Assembly: GCA_044892505.1 (NCBI GenBank)
Contig: CM097883.1
Location: 190,092,001-190,156,000, forward strand
Direction of reading: 5' to 3'
Source of the DNA: Schmidtea nova
Lineage: Eukaryota
DNA: 64,000 bases
Shown here: one piece after another, positions 28,301 through 39,340 of the stretch
How the letters are laid out: each line of letters opens with the position of its first letter
Numbering within the stretch: position 1 is the stretch's first letter
The notes under the pieces: generated by a model
Told to the model about the DNA's origin: nothing
Databases searched by the model: none
The model's input: only the letters and a program-made list of their open reading frames with translations
Made by a program: the position numbers and the translations under genes

Positions 28301-30702
28301 CCATTATATGAAGAATATGAGAGGGCTGGAGGGTAAACTTTCGAAGAAAAGCTGAGAGCTGCTTTTATAACAACTTTATTTGAAGATTTAAAAAAGATTC
28401 AGACACAGCAAAGAGATTCATAGAGAGAGAAAAAATGACTTAACAGCTATTAAATATGCACGGAAGAAAGAAATTTAAAAATATCTTCTCATAAATGGAG
28501 CATGAGAAAAGGTCAAAAATGAAATAGAAAGGCAGGAACTATAAAGATCAAGAGTTTAAGACGATAATTAGAAAAATCGAAAAAGATCATTGAATGTATT
28601 GACACAAAACGACTATACAAAAAGTCGAATGTCGGACAAGCCAAAAATCAGGAAACATTTGTCGAAAATGTACGATATATAAAAAAATTAAGTGCTTTGG
28701 ATGTGGAGCATATGAACACATACATCGAGATTTTCCATACATCCAATAAAAATAGTATTTTATACAAACTCGAAAAGATTAAAAACAAGTCAGAATGAAA
28801 GAAATAAAATCCAAGATAGTAATAAAATGAACAGATTACATCAACGCAATCCATACCTTAGAAGAAAATAACAACCATAGGAAGCAAAAATGAAAACTAT
28901 CAAGCAAACGATGTAAGTAAATTTGAAAAGAAATTTGAAGATATGAAATTACCAAACGAGTAAATTCCGTCAAAAGAGGAAATGATCAAAGCCATTTATT
29001 AAAAAAATTTGATATTGTAGAGATGCCTATAATAATTTGAATAATGTAAATTTGTAGTAAAAACTTATGTAATAATATTAATATTGTAAAAGACTTTAAT
29101 TTACTTTATAACAATTTATGTAATGCTATTGATAATGTCTTAATAAAACAAGAATAATGACAATAGAATGGATAGCAGGGTAACAAAATGTGGTAATGAA
29201 AGAGACAGCAGTAAAACTTTCTATATTCCTATGTCATATGAAAGGAAAGAAGATAAGAATATGCGAATCAATGGAATTCATGGAAATTCAAAGGACAGGA
29301 TAGAGCAAAATATATTTACGAAGTGACTGGAACAAATCCCGATTGACTTATCATAAAATGCAAGGCAGGTCTAGTATAACACTCGAGATCCAGATCTGTA
29401 AATTGAGTGTCTGCTAGATACTGTGGTACGAATTAATATGATACATAAAATAGTCATTGAGAAATTCGATAATCTAGAAATGATGAAAACACATGAAATA
29501 TTAAGGTGAGCAAATGACAGTAAATTGAAAACAATGGATAAAATTTAGACTAAAAATAGGAAAACTGATTAAAAAGTAATATTTACAGTGTCAACAATAT
29601 TTTGCCAGATATTATTGGAGTCGTAGAACTACAGAAACAATTCGGTATGGAATTAAAATGGATCGAAGAGAGAGAAATAAAAGTTATCGAACTTATATGT
29701 GAAATTTATGCCAAATTTGGAAGAAATATTAAAAAATAAAGAACGATTGCAAAACGCGATAGAAAATTTAAAAGTTAATCAAAATAAAATACTTTTAGAG
29801 AGTAAAAATAAATAAGGGTTATGGAAGATAATTGGGATATTCTGTGCACTGTTATTCTAACTTTCGGACCAATAATGATAAAACCGAGAAGACAAACTAT
29901 AATTTTAGAAAAGAAAATAAACGATGTCCTGAGGAATCTTAAGGATAATAATATTATTAGGAAATGTAATTCCCATTGGAATTCACCTTGCAAACTATTT
30001 TCCAGAAAATCCTTTGTTCAGAAATTCTTTAACTTGACACATAATGAGCAGAAGCTTTATACTATTGGATTTTGCTAAATGAAGCAGAACGAAGCCATTT
30101 ATTGACAAATATACTCGGGGCGACCGTGCTACGACAGCTTTTTATTTATATTGAACAAGTTAGCTTGTGACGAACGGGAAAGAGGTTAAAGTCAAATTTT
30201 GAAAACAGATGTATAGAAACAAACGAAAAAATTGTTGATAAATGATAGATTGCAATGTAATGTATTGTAACTGTAATTTAGTTTTCAAATCATTGCGAAT
30301 AAAATGAATATATTATAACATGAAAAACTAAATTTTTGAAGTTATTAGATTGAAATTTGCGCCCTGTTTCACGACAACCCTGACTTACCCTTTAATATTG
30401 TGTTTTATTGGGGTACCAAACCATTTTAAATGCCCAGGGACTCTAAGAATCTTTACCCAGCCCTGATTATAGGTGTCAACATGAAATTATAATTATTTAA
30501 CTGAAGAGTTGTTAAATAAATATTGTGAGGATTAAACATTTACACAAATTTTGGCACTTGTTCCTCTCGTCTCAGAAAAAAGATTTTTATTATTTTGAAT
30601 TATTAATTAAATTTAAATATATAACAGTAAAATTTTTTATTTATCGATTATATTTAGAAAACGTTATGGTTAGTCACTTAATGTTTTTATTGATATTTTA
30701 AA

Positions 30703-30770
<68 letters not shown>

Positions 30771-32451
30771 TTTAAAATATCAATAAAAACATTAAGTGAC
30801 TAACCATAACGTTTTCTAAATAAAAAATTGACTTGATAACAACGTTTGACAGCTATTATGTCTTTCTTAATGCTTTTTAAAAACTTTTATCGAAAATTTT
30901 CTACATGAATGGTTCATTAGGATTCATTAAGTCGAAAAACTCTAATGTTAAGGTTTAATTAAACAAAAAAATTCTAACTAGGAAATAAATATTCAATAAA
31001 TTTAATATTAGAAAAAGGGGGACCTCTATACAAGCACCATTTTTTTATTTTTCAGATCTTTTGACTTCCTTTTTGGACTAAAAACCCCTCACATCAATAG
31101 CGATAATTTTGGGAACCAACGCTTCAATCAATATATCAAACAAATACCATTAAATCAGCAGCCCATTTGTATTATGGATATAAATATGAATTATATGATC
31201 ATTATTTCGCTATTTATGTTCAAGTCAAACAGAAAAAAATGTTTTAAAACTTTAAAAATGTAAAAATATTAAGCAGAGATCGATAAAATTCTAAATTGAC
31301 AAATATTTAATACAATTTGCTGGTTTTTACTTAGCATTACCACAATAAAACTACTCACTTTGAAGCATTATATCGATTGAAGCCTCCTCTATAAGATCTA
31401 GGATAACGTCCCCGACTGCTTCTCGGTGGTCTAGATGACATATCTTCAAATGTGCCCATGTTTTCCGGTATAATATCACTTAATGAGAAAACATTAGTTT
31501 CGTTTCAAATTCGCTAATAAAAACATTTTCATATTTTCTTCATTGTCCACTCTATTTTTATCGAATCCATTTCTTTCATTTCCATTTCGATCATTATTAT
31601 TAAATCTTTCATTTCCATTTCTGTCATATGTCGAGCGCTCATTTGGCTGTCTGTCACTGATTGGTCTATCACCGCCACCGCGATTATATCGCCCGCTAGG
31701 TCTACCGGATGGGCGCCGCCTTACTGGGTTTCCACGAGTGTTTGTGTTTGAATTATCATCGAAAAATCCAATTCTACCTGAACTTTCACCACTAAACCTA
31801 TCGAGTAAACATTGAAATTGGAAACAGATTAAAACAAAATATCACTCTGATCGCTCTTTTCTAAACGGTCTACTGCCACCGCCACCACCTCGATTATTCG
31901 AGGTAAACTTGTTATGTTCGCCATCTTGAGATTTCTGATGACTGTTTTCATCGTTATTATAAGTCCTATCATCATTTCTAGGATATCCACCGCGCCTTGG
32001 TCCACTATTTTGACGCCTGTTGCTACTACTACCTCCACGCCCTCTGCGGTTGCCACGGTCGGTTTTGTTATCTGTGGGCCTCTCGTCAACAATCGGTTCT
32101 TGAATTTCAATAGGGCAATCTATGACTTCGGGTTTATTTTGTTCAACTGTTCAAAGAATTTAGCCATTTTAAACACTTCACTCATTAAGTATAGATATTA
32201 CCGATTTCCATTTCCGGTTTCACAATTTCTTCAGTCATATTTTCCACTTTGACACTTTCTTTGATCGCTTCTGCTACTTGTTTGCTGCGTTTTTCTTTTT
32301 TAGCTTTTGTTTTACTTTCTTTGCGAAGTTCTCGTTTCTTTTCAACATTTGCCATTAGAACATCTGGTTCAGCAGATTCCAAGTCTTCTTGGAGAAATAC
32401 ATAGTATCGAGAATTAACTGTAACGTTATAATGTCCGGTTATAGTTGCCAT
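9734..32451 (-). CDS. SERBP1: SERBP1/HABP4-family (Vig/Stm1-like) RGG RNA-binding protein; 7-exon model 32451-32202, 32146-31846, 31797-31525, 31478-31359, 14579-14412, 14363-14286, 10307-9734 (~587 aa)
   Basis: All six GT-AG junctions are phase-compatible (1,2,2,2,2,2) and the spliced frame has no internal stop. The N-terminus [33 protein letters not shown] resembles the IHABP4_N motif. The central RGG box is [21 protein letters not shown]4-domain motifs SNWGE and MTLEEYRA and ETRKANDG follow, then a C-terminal RGG. An optional frame-preserving 45-nt exon lies at 14065-14021. The intron-3 donor (gttttt) is weak, and a further 3' exon via the donor at 9756 is possible. Confidence 0.72.
10384..10495. 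repeat. Two copies of a ~50-bp AT-rich minisatellite unit, left of the MULE
   Basis: The unit gaatcattaaa..atttcgaaaa..aatatattgatcaaattaattt is the same as the unit at 13711-13910. Confidence 0.8.
10904..12982 (+). mobile_element. MULE (Mutator-like) transposase with SWIM finger and AT-hooks, ~692 codons with one in-frame TAA (11183-11185)
   Basis: ORFs 10880..11185 and 11252..12982 are in the same frame. Motifs: YRC..C...KHNH zinc finger, IHADGSYKL (D), [12 protein letters not shown] (D), MCWFH (CxxH), [10 protein letters not shown] (E), [18 protein letters not shown], and two RGRP AT-hooks. Confidence 0.92.
13711..13910. repeat. 50-bp tandem repeat, 4 copies
   Basis: tgaatcatta recurs at 13711, 13761, 13811 and 13861. 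Confidence 0.9.
14286..14579 (-). CDS. SERBP1: SERBP1-like exons 5-6 (central RGG box)
   Basis: Exons of 168 and 78 nt are separated by a 48-nt GT-AG intron. They encode NENDFEN...[23 protein letters not shown]...[25 protein letters not shown]. The donor gtaagt is at 14285. Confidence 0.68.
14868..19782 (+). mobile_element. mariner element (decayed), interrupted by an LTR retrotransposon
   Basis: 27-bp TIRs match at 22/27 positions: tacatggtacgttcaataagtacccga (14868) versus the reverse complement of 19756-19782. Transposase relics from ATG ~18723 include [40 protein letters not shown] and HWQKWVD*NGSYVEK. About 1.15 kb remains after the insertion is removed. Confidence 0.85.
14937..18697 (+). 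mobile_element. Degenerate Ty3/gypsy LTR retrotransposon; LTRs 14937-15094 and 18563-18697; TSD TTAAT
   Basis: Direct LTRs have (A/G)GTTA...TAACT termini, and the 3' LTR has a ~19-bp deletion near its end. The PBS tggcgac overlaps the 5' LTR end. The PPT aaggaaggggag is at 18551. TTAAT flanks both sides (14932-14936, 18698-18702). RT: [23 protein letters not shown]. RNase H: TDAS, RKELLAI, RTDHRAL. Integrase: [22 protein letters not shown]. Many stops and frameshifts; no protease seen. Confidence 0.92.
21540..21690 (+). mobile_element. hAT C-terminal dimerisation-domain relic
   Basis: Decayed FPKL...[10 protein letters not shown]...VLR*KMNKNRF, resembling the hAT signature LPVS.AE.ERSFS..K..LRSTM.Q.RL. 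Confidence 0.45.
22347..23237 (+). mobile_element. hAT (BED-finger, ZBED-like) transposase pseudogene plus an hAT-type terminal sequence
   Basis: Motifs RSSVWLNF (BED start), [39 protein letters not shown] and CFAHVLQL. A terminal-like sequence gagccgaaccgagccggctccaactcacccctg ends at 23237. Confidence 0.82.
23700..24195 (+). pseudogene. ACT: Actin pseudogene (N-terminal ~40%)
   Basis: Across frameshifts: [79 protein letters not shown] and IYGYDFP. These are collinear with actin AGFAGDDAPRAVF...[27 protein letters not shown]. Confidence 0.92.
24575..24960 (+). pseudogene. Ubiquitin(-domain) pseudogene split by a hairpin insertion
   Basis: [37 protein letters not shown] (24575-24705) and [19 protein letters not shown] (~24885-24942) match the two halves of ubiquitin. 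Confidence 0.82.
24725..24846. repeat. Perfect 56-bp inverted repeat with a 10-nt spacer
   Basis: 24725-24780 is the exact reverse complement of 24791-24846. The spacer is attaagtgag. Confidence 0.93.
28100..30050 (+). mobile_element. Highly decayed Ty3/gypsy gag-pol relic
   Basis: Degenerate zinc knuckle [15 protein letters not shown] (~28690-28735). RT N-terminus IKPRRQ...[27 protein letters not shown] (~29875-29990) parallels the element at 16150-16270. Confidence 0.55.
30651..30822. repeat. Perfect 172-bp palindrome: 54-bp arms around a (TA)n core
   Basis: tatttagaaaacgttatggttagtcac...aaagga, then (TA)n, then tccttt...gtgactaaccataacgttttctaaata. Confidence 0.93.
31359..32451 (-). CDS. 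SERBP1: SERBP1-like exons 1-4 (IHABP4_N-like start, Lys-rich then R/G/N-rich region)
   Basis: ATG at 32451. Introns of 55, 48 and 46 nt give an open spliced frame. The donor gtgagt is at 31358. Confidence 0.75.
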
Positions 32452-33111
32452 TTCGCTATTTTTGGATATATTTAATGAAATTGCATCGTCTATATAACTG
32501 AAACCTTTTTATTTTAAATGAATTATTTAAACACCGCGTCGTTTATTTCTAAATAAAGTAATGATTAATATTTTTATAAAATTTATTTATTGAAATAAGT
32601 AGCTAAACATGTAGCAAAAATTATTAAACTTCTACTTATGATGACTATAAAATAACAATATTACATTATATTATTATCTAATTAAATTATTTCATTTTTG
32701 ATTTACAAAATATCTAAATAATATATCTGTTGTATACCAACAACTGAATTTTAACTGTAGATGGCACATTTAATTTTGAACTATAAAAATATTTATTTTA
32801 TTCATTTAATATCTAAAATATGATTGAATATTTTTATTTTAATTTAGGCAACTTTCAAAATTAATGAATTCCGATTGATTAGATTTTATCTGGTAATATC
32901 ATTTCTACATTATATCATATTGATTTTTAAATCTAGTTTTAGGTTCAATGGCAAATTTCAAATTTCTCTTCAATGGCAATAAAAATTTACAAGTACATGT
33001 ATCCCTCCTCTAACACGGTAAATATGTTCCTATAATATGACGTGTTATGTGAACTCGTGCTATAGAAGACTAGAAGCTGGTACAAAATGAGATGTAACGT
33101 TCAAAAAAAAA

Positions 33112-34344
33112 TTAATGCCATAGAAAAAACTTTATTTTTATTAAGAATTGTAGTGCCTTCTTTGATGAACCGGAAATCACACCAAGGTATTCTGATTTTT
33201 GGTGTGGTTGTCGATTCATCAATTTTATTTTTGTTTCCCCGAATTTAATTTTAAGTAATTTTACAAATAAATTCAATAATACTTCGTAGTGTTCCGGTGG
33301 CCGAAGTTTGTGTTGCTTGGCAACTGCATTTGTGTATGGGGAATTGAAACTGTGAATTGAACTTTCATTTTGAATTTGAACTACCGGACTATATTTGGAA
33401 ATAATTATTTTTAAAATACACAGAACATTGTATCTATTTGGCTCCAAGAAACGTACGTTGTAAGTGATTTTATCAATATTATAGTTTCCTGTCACTTTAA
33501 TGCTATTGTTTATTAATCCTAATGAGGTAAATTTGGGTGTTTTGGAATATTTATCATTATCGTCATTGCAAAGGATACAATAATCATCATATGAAGATTT
33601 TACTGTTTTTTCAATGTTTTGTCTTGTACTGTCAGGGTGACTTCGTTTCAAATTAATAACTTTATTAGAATCAGTGTTACTAAAGTTCGGTAAATTGACT
33701 TCACCTTCAGAAATATTTAAAATCACATTTGAGGATTTTATCACTTTAGAAATTAGAAAATTAGTCATTGATAAATGAGAAGAATTTACACTGGATACTT
33801 TATTTTGACTAAATTTTCTAAATATTTTAGAAGGAAATGATTTCAAAGAATTAGATTTTATCGAGTAGTTTGATATGCTAAGAGATTTAGGTATTCTGTT
33901 TTCATCTTTCGAATTAACATTCAAATTTTCAAAGTGCAGAAATGGATCACATATTTTATTTTTACTAGAAATGCATCGCTAATGAAATAATTTATAGCTA
34001 AATTTGCACAATCTTCCAGTAAACACAGATTTATGACATTGGTCACAATATGATTTATCAAAGTATACTTTTCTTTGAACTTTATGGCTGAAATGAAATT
34101 TAGATTCGTTGAGGTCTTTTCTGTAAATTAACTTTAATTTGGATGTTACTTTAGAAATCAAGGTAGAATGTGAATCCCAATTAATTAACTCTCCGTTGTC
34201 AGAATTGATTAGCATCAAATTTTTAATATCAAGATTGTAAAATATCAACTTGTTTTTCAATATCTCTCTCATCGTTTTATCATTGCTGGCTTGAGCCGTA
34301 AAGTAATTAGAATTTGGCAAATATATATTATAAATAAAATTCAT
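33112..34344 (-). pseudogene. Raf-like Ras-binding domain + C1 zinc finger protein lacking a kinase domain; intronless frame with a single TAG (33979-33981)
   Basis: ORFs 33979..34356 and 33112..33924 are one frame. RBD-like IYLPNSNY...LINWDS. C1-like HKVQRKVYFDKSYCDQCHKSVFTGRLCKFSYKLFH*RCISSKNKIC, compare Raf HNFVRKTFF..FCDFC.K.LF.G.RCQTCGYKFHQRC...VP.MC. A Ser-rich linker follows and there are no kinase motifs. Confidence 0.7.
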
Positions 34345-34803
34345 AAGACAATTCAAAAGCGTTAACTAATATATTTTTTGTGCGGTATCCGCTAACTTCT
34401 TTTATACATTTTAACAATTTCTTTTTAAACAACTTTTTACAACTCATACTTTAATTTATAAAAATAACAAAATATTCAGTATTACAAAAATTTTTACATA
34501 GGTAATTACACAACATTAAATATAAATAAGACAAGGCATTAAATGATTATAACATCTCTAATCAAAGTATGTAATATTATTATCAACGAACAGATTAGTT
34601 TATTTAATCAAAATTAGTAATTATTAATTCAAACAGACACAAATGGACACATACAGTTAAAAAATATCCAAACATTACTAACGAGAGCTATTATGGTGTA
34701 TAAAATATACAATGAAACAACAAATACGTCGACATAATAATAAAGACTCCAAGACACTCTTTGATTGAATGGATTGGTGTGACCACAGAACATTACACCT
34801 TCG

Positions 34804-34805
<2 letters not shown>

Positions 34806-34869
<64 letters not shown>
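34806..34869. repeat. (TA)n microsatellite
   Basis: Uninterrupted TA run. Confidence 0.95.
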
Positions 34870-34876
<7 letters not shown>

Positions 34877-36599
34877 TTAAATATAGATTATTTATAAAGA
34901 TCAATAAGTGGTGTTTTAATTGACAAAAGGCAAAGCAAATTCGAAAAATCAGATAAAACTTAAATACAAAAAGCAGATAAAACTCAAATACAAAAAGCAG
35001 ATAAGAGATTCAAATAGACAGCAGTTTTTACCAAGAAGAACATCAAATGAATTCTACGCATTTAAAACGCAACGCTGAAGAAAATTTATTTAAATAAATG
35101 TTATTTATTGTTGGTAAGTTATTTTAGAGTTACCACAAAAATAATAAAACAAATAAAAATTCACTTAAATACATAAAAAACAAATTTTTTGTACGGACGG
35201 TCGCCTCATTTAAATTTAGGGTATTGGCAATGTGTGATGCTTTTTTTACTTCTAACAACCGATCTAAAATTTTTATTTCTAAAGAAATAAACTTTCTCTT
35301 CAAAGTTGTTTTTTATTCTCACCAGACATTGTTTTTTAAGCCTGAAAATTATTTTTCAAAAATAATTCTTACTTTATAACCTTACCTGAAAAAAATTAAT
35401 AAAATTGATGTCTTATAAATTTAAATATTTTTGTTTCCTTTTTAATAAGTATACACAATATTTTTCTATTTCACAAAAAAATATGGTTTGCAGACTTGCT
35501 ATGGTCTTCACAAAATGACAAAATATATACACAAAAAATTAAAAAGACTTGTATTCTTGAAATAATAAAATCTGGGTATTCCACGAATTGTATTTTATCT
35601 CAATTATATAATGTTCTAAAAAAATTTTAAAAATATGTTGTAGAAGTACCGTGTTAAAAGAGGTTTTCGGGAATTTTTTTATCGTGTTACAGTGAAATCG
35701 TGTTGTAGGATACCGTGTTGTAGGATACCGTGTTGTAGGAGGGATACCTGTAATTTGAATATGTTTTATACTATTCTTATGATGATCTTAAATCTATTTT
35801 AGAGAAATTATTCTGATAATGCTTATCATGATGGTCGAAAACTGACATTCATTCCAATGATGAATGCATCATAAATCTCCCTTTCCGAATCCACATATTT
35901 TGATATGATTCAAAAAAAATGATATTGTCCTGAGTTTATTCTAATTCGGATTTTTCTTATGATTAGTGATATTTATGGCCTCATTTAACCTTTCTCTTAG
36001 TCGTGGATTTTTTCTGAAATGCGGATTCTTTTTTTATGGAATTTATTTATGTCTAAACGGATTTTTCTCATCTTAGTTTCGATCCCCTGAACAAACAGCA
36101 GACATACATCCATGGAGAAATTGGGATTTTTGAAAGCTTACGATTTTGTAAAGTGCAATATATGATCTTGTGGTTTTAATTTTTGATGATGATTTGAATG
36201 TGAAACTTTTTGATTGATGAATCAGGGTGTCGCTGGGAAATCTTTGTGATGAAATTTTCTGTGAGGCTACTAGTAAGGTTTAAATGAAATATAGGATAAT
36301 TTGGCAAATTCTTTTGATTATGATGAGAAGTACCTAAGTAAATACGGGGAATAAGTTCTGGGTGATGAATAAGTTTTTGCATTGAACTGTTATAGATGGA
36401 AATTTTCTAGGGGATAAAATTTTAGGTTACAATATATTTGGGTACGTGTAAAATTCTTATGTGTAAATTACTATTTTAAGGAAATTAGATGAAAACTTTG
36501 GAGCTTATGTACTTTCATAAACTGAGATTTTGTAACATCAATCTATCGATTCTATAATTATTGTTTTTAAATGGGATAATTAGGTGTATAGGGTGATTA

Positions 36600-37110
36600 T
36601 TACTAGGATAAATCAGATCCCCTATGACTATAAATGAATAGATTCTGTACGGAAATTTTGGGCGTAATATGCTGTTGGTGAGTGCGGTAAAAAATGGGAT
36701 GAAGTAACTTGTATGGATGTATGAATTTGCATGTGTGATGTGAGATGTGGATGTGAATTGTTGGCTGCACTAAGTAAATGAATTTGTGAATATCGATGTT
36801 GGGATGTGAAATTTTTTAAAATTAAGGGATGTTATGTTTTGCGAATGAATTGGTGATGTGTGATGTAATGACTGAAAAATTGATATGTGTATATACTTTT
36901 AGAGATTTATTATGGATCTTTCATTGTGGTGATTGTATGTAGGAGATGAGATTTGATACAATAGGCAATTTAACAGTGGATGTGATTATGTGAGTTCTTG
37001 TGGAGATTATCTGGACGTGTGATACTGATGGGTGTTACTGAATGAAATGATGTGGTATGTGTGTATTGGTTGATGAGTGAATTTTTGTACGGTATTTGGA
37101 TGGTGTTAAT
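36600..37110. repeat. TG-rich/CA-rich strand-asymmetric tract adjoining the structured element
   Basis: Dense gatgtg/tgatg motifs. It is similar to 39350-39760 and to the reverse complements of 42580-43000 and 48830-49170. Confidence 0.7.
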
Positions 37111-37116
37111 GAATTG

Positions 37117-37350
37117 GTGGGTTGTCGATCGTCAATATGACCTTGACGTTGCTATGGCTCCATCAACAACTCAACATACAAAATATTAGATTACCCATCT
37201 TGTTGCCCGTCAAATTGTAACGCTGGTGATGCAACAAATGGGTGGGTATTCGCAATCAGTGAGCGTCGAAAGTTCGAAACTATGATTGACCGAATAACTC
37301 CTGGGTCCAAGGGCTACCGATAGAAGGTTTAATGCCCATTTTGTCTCTTC
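37117..37350 (-). ncRNA. Putative structured RNA element S, copy 1 (unclassified)
   Basis: High similarity to the copies at 45431 and 50264, with conserved stems showing compensatory and G-U changes (see findings). Confidence 0.55.
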
Positions 37351-38227
37351 CTTAACGATTTATTTATAAGCATTCAACAAAACTTTATCGGCAATTCAAC
37401 ATCAGTATTCCACATAACTATAAATTTATTATTGCATCCAAATAAATCATTCTGAGTATGAAAAACACTAATAAAACATTAAATTTTACTAATATTGCAA
37501 TTTATGATAATTAATAAATAGATTATTTTGTTTCTAAAGAAAAATTTAATCTGCATTTAAAAACTTCAGAAAAATTCTAATTATTTATTCTATAAACAGT
37601 AATTTTATCTAGTTTGAAAACAATAATTTTATTTGTTTAAGATCGCTAATTTAATCAAAAAGGAAAACTAATTTAATACGAAGATTGTATAAGTATTACA
37701 AATGTAAGTATTATGAATTATTTTATTAAATAATGATTTTAAAGTCCAGTCAAACAAAAGATGGGTACGGTTGGCAGATACAGATTCTCCCATCAAAAAG
37801 AAATCAGAAGATCGGAATCCCATCACACGTGAAGCACGACTACCAATTCTGTCAAAAAGTGGAAATTTGTAATTATTTAAGAATTATTATTAGTCTAAAC
37901 AATTTTTAGAAGAGTTCGAAGCTAGGATGCGTTGGAACCCGGCGCTTCAAGAACTGCAAGGAAAATCATTGCTAGAGACGACTATTCCTCAAGCGTGCCA
38001 ATTTTTATCAATAAATTTTTGAACTCGTTTTTTCCGTATTTTTATGTTACAATTTTTATTGCTAATTTTATTTTGACTAGTAGTGAATTGGAATTATTTT
38101 TCCTTTCTTTTCATAATATAACAATAACCTCTGTAAAATTAATTTATAGATATTCTAGTTTTTAATTTAAAATTTTCGCAAAATACACGCGCTTGAATCA
38201 GAAAGATACCCAGCTACATTTTAAGAA

Positions 38228-39340
38228 TATACACCTGGTGTCAAGCATTAAAAATTTCTATAATATAAATTTTAAAAAAACCAATAGCAAATGAAAACTT
38301 ACGTAGATGTTGCATTTTGATATTTCGTAGTTAAAATATTTTAATATGTGTTAGACATTCTGTAAGAAAAAATAAATTATACAGACAAACACAAAACATA
38401 ATGAAAATTGCATGCAAACTTTTAAGGGTGTTATTTATTTCGCTATTAAAAATCCTATAATAAAGTTATTTATTTTTAAAATATGGTTTTTGGGTAAATA
38501 TTTAGAATATTTTCTAGTGGAGTTGTCCAGAAAATGGATAGATAACATCGCAAATTTTATTTTAATATAAAATTTAATATATTTCCAAAAATTATTTGCA
38601 AAGTTTTTTCGCTTTCAGTAGCCAAAAAAAATAATTCAGTCTAATTATTTTAAAATTATAGACAAAATAAGATATTTACACTTCAATTTAGATCATTTTG
38701 AAGCCTCAGGTAATACAGGATAATAAACTTTGCCAATTCTTAAAATGAAAAATTAAGCTTAATTAAATTATTTCTTGGAATTTCCAAAAAATATTTCAAA
38801 ATTAGAAATAATTATAATAATTCTTATTAAAAAATGATTTTTTAATTTACGTTAAATGAAAATAATTCCCATAAAATGTTTAAAAAATCATGATTTCCTA
38901 AAAAGTATTTAAAAATTAAATAAATGTAAGTGTAGAACAACATATAAAATAGAAATATTCGGAGAACGAATTATTTCATTAATAAACTTTTGTTAAAAAA
39001 TAATTTTACTTACGTTTAAATAAAATACTTCCAAAAAAATTCATAAAAAAATCATAATTTTCTAAAAAACTAATAAATATAAAATAAAAATAATAATGAA
39101 GAATATAGATAAACTTTCAAAGCTTCTATAGTGATCTAATATCATTGTAAGATCAAAATAGAATCATTAAAAGAAATCTAGATAAATAAAATTACCTGAT
39201 AGCCATTTTTAAAAAATGGCTAATTGAAAAATAAATGAAGTGAAAAATGAAAAATAAATGTAAAGCATTAAACAAAGTAACTATGAGTAACAAGTAGGTG
39301 TGCATCATAGTTATTTTTAATGCTTGAAACCGGGTGTATA
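38228..39340. mobile_element. Tc1/mariner-type MITE (~1.1 kb) with 28-bp TIRs and TA flanks
   Basis: tatacacctggtgtcaagcattaaaaat (38228-38255) versus atttttaatgcttgaaaccgggtgtata (39313-39340): 26/28 complementary. The interior is AT-rich and non-coding. Confidence 0.8.

Larger units (their letters stand above)
32994..35752. mobile_element. Pair of pogo/Tigger-like TIRs enclosing 2.76 kb (candidate Pack-type non-autonomous element)
   Basis: tacatgtatccctcctctaacacggt (32994-33019) versus the reverse complement of 35727-35752, tacaggtatccctcctacaacacggt: 23/26 identical, both ending in TA. Subterminal accgtgttgtaggat repeats lie at the right end. Confidence 0.6.
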
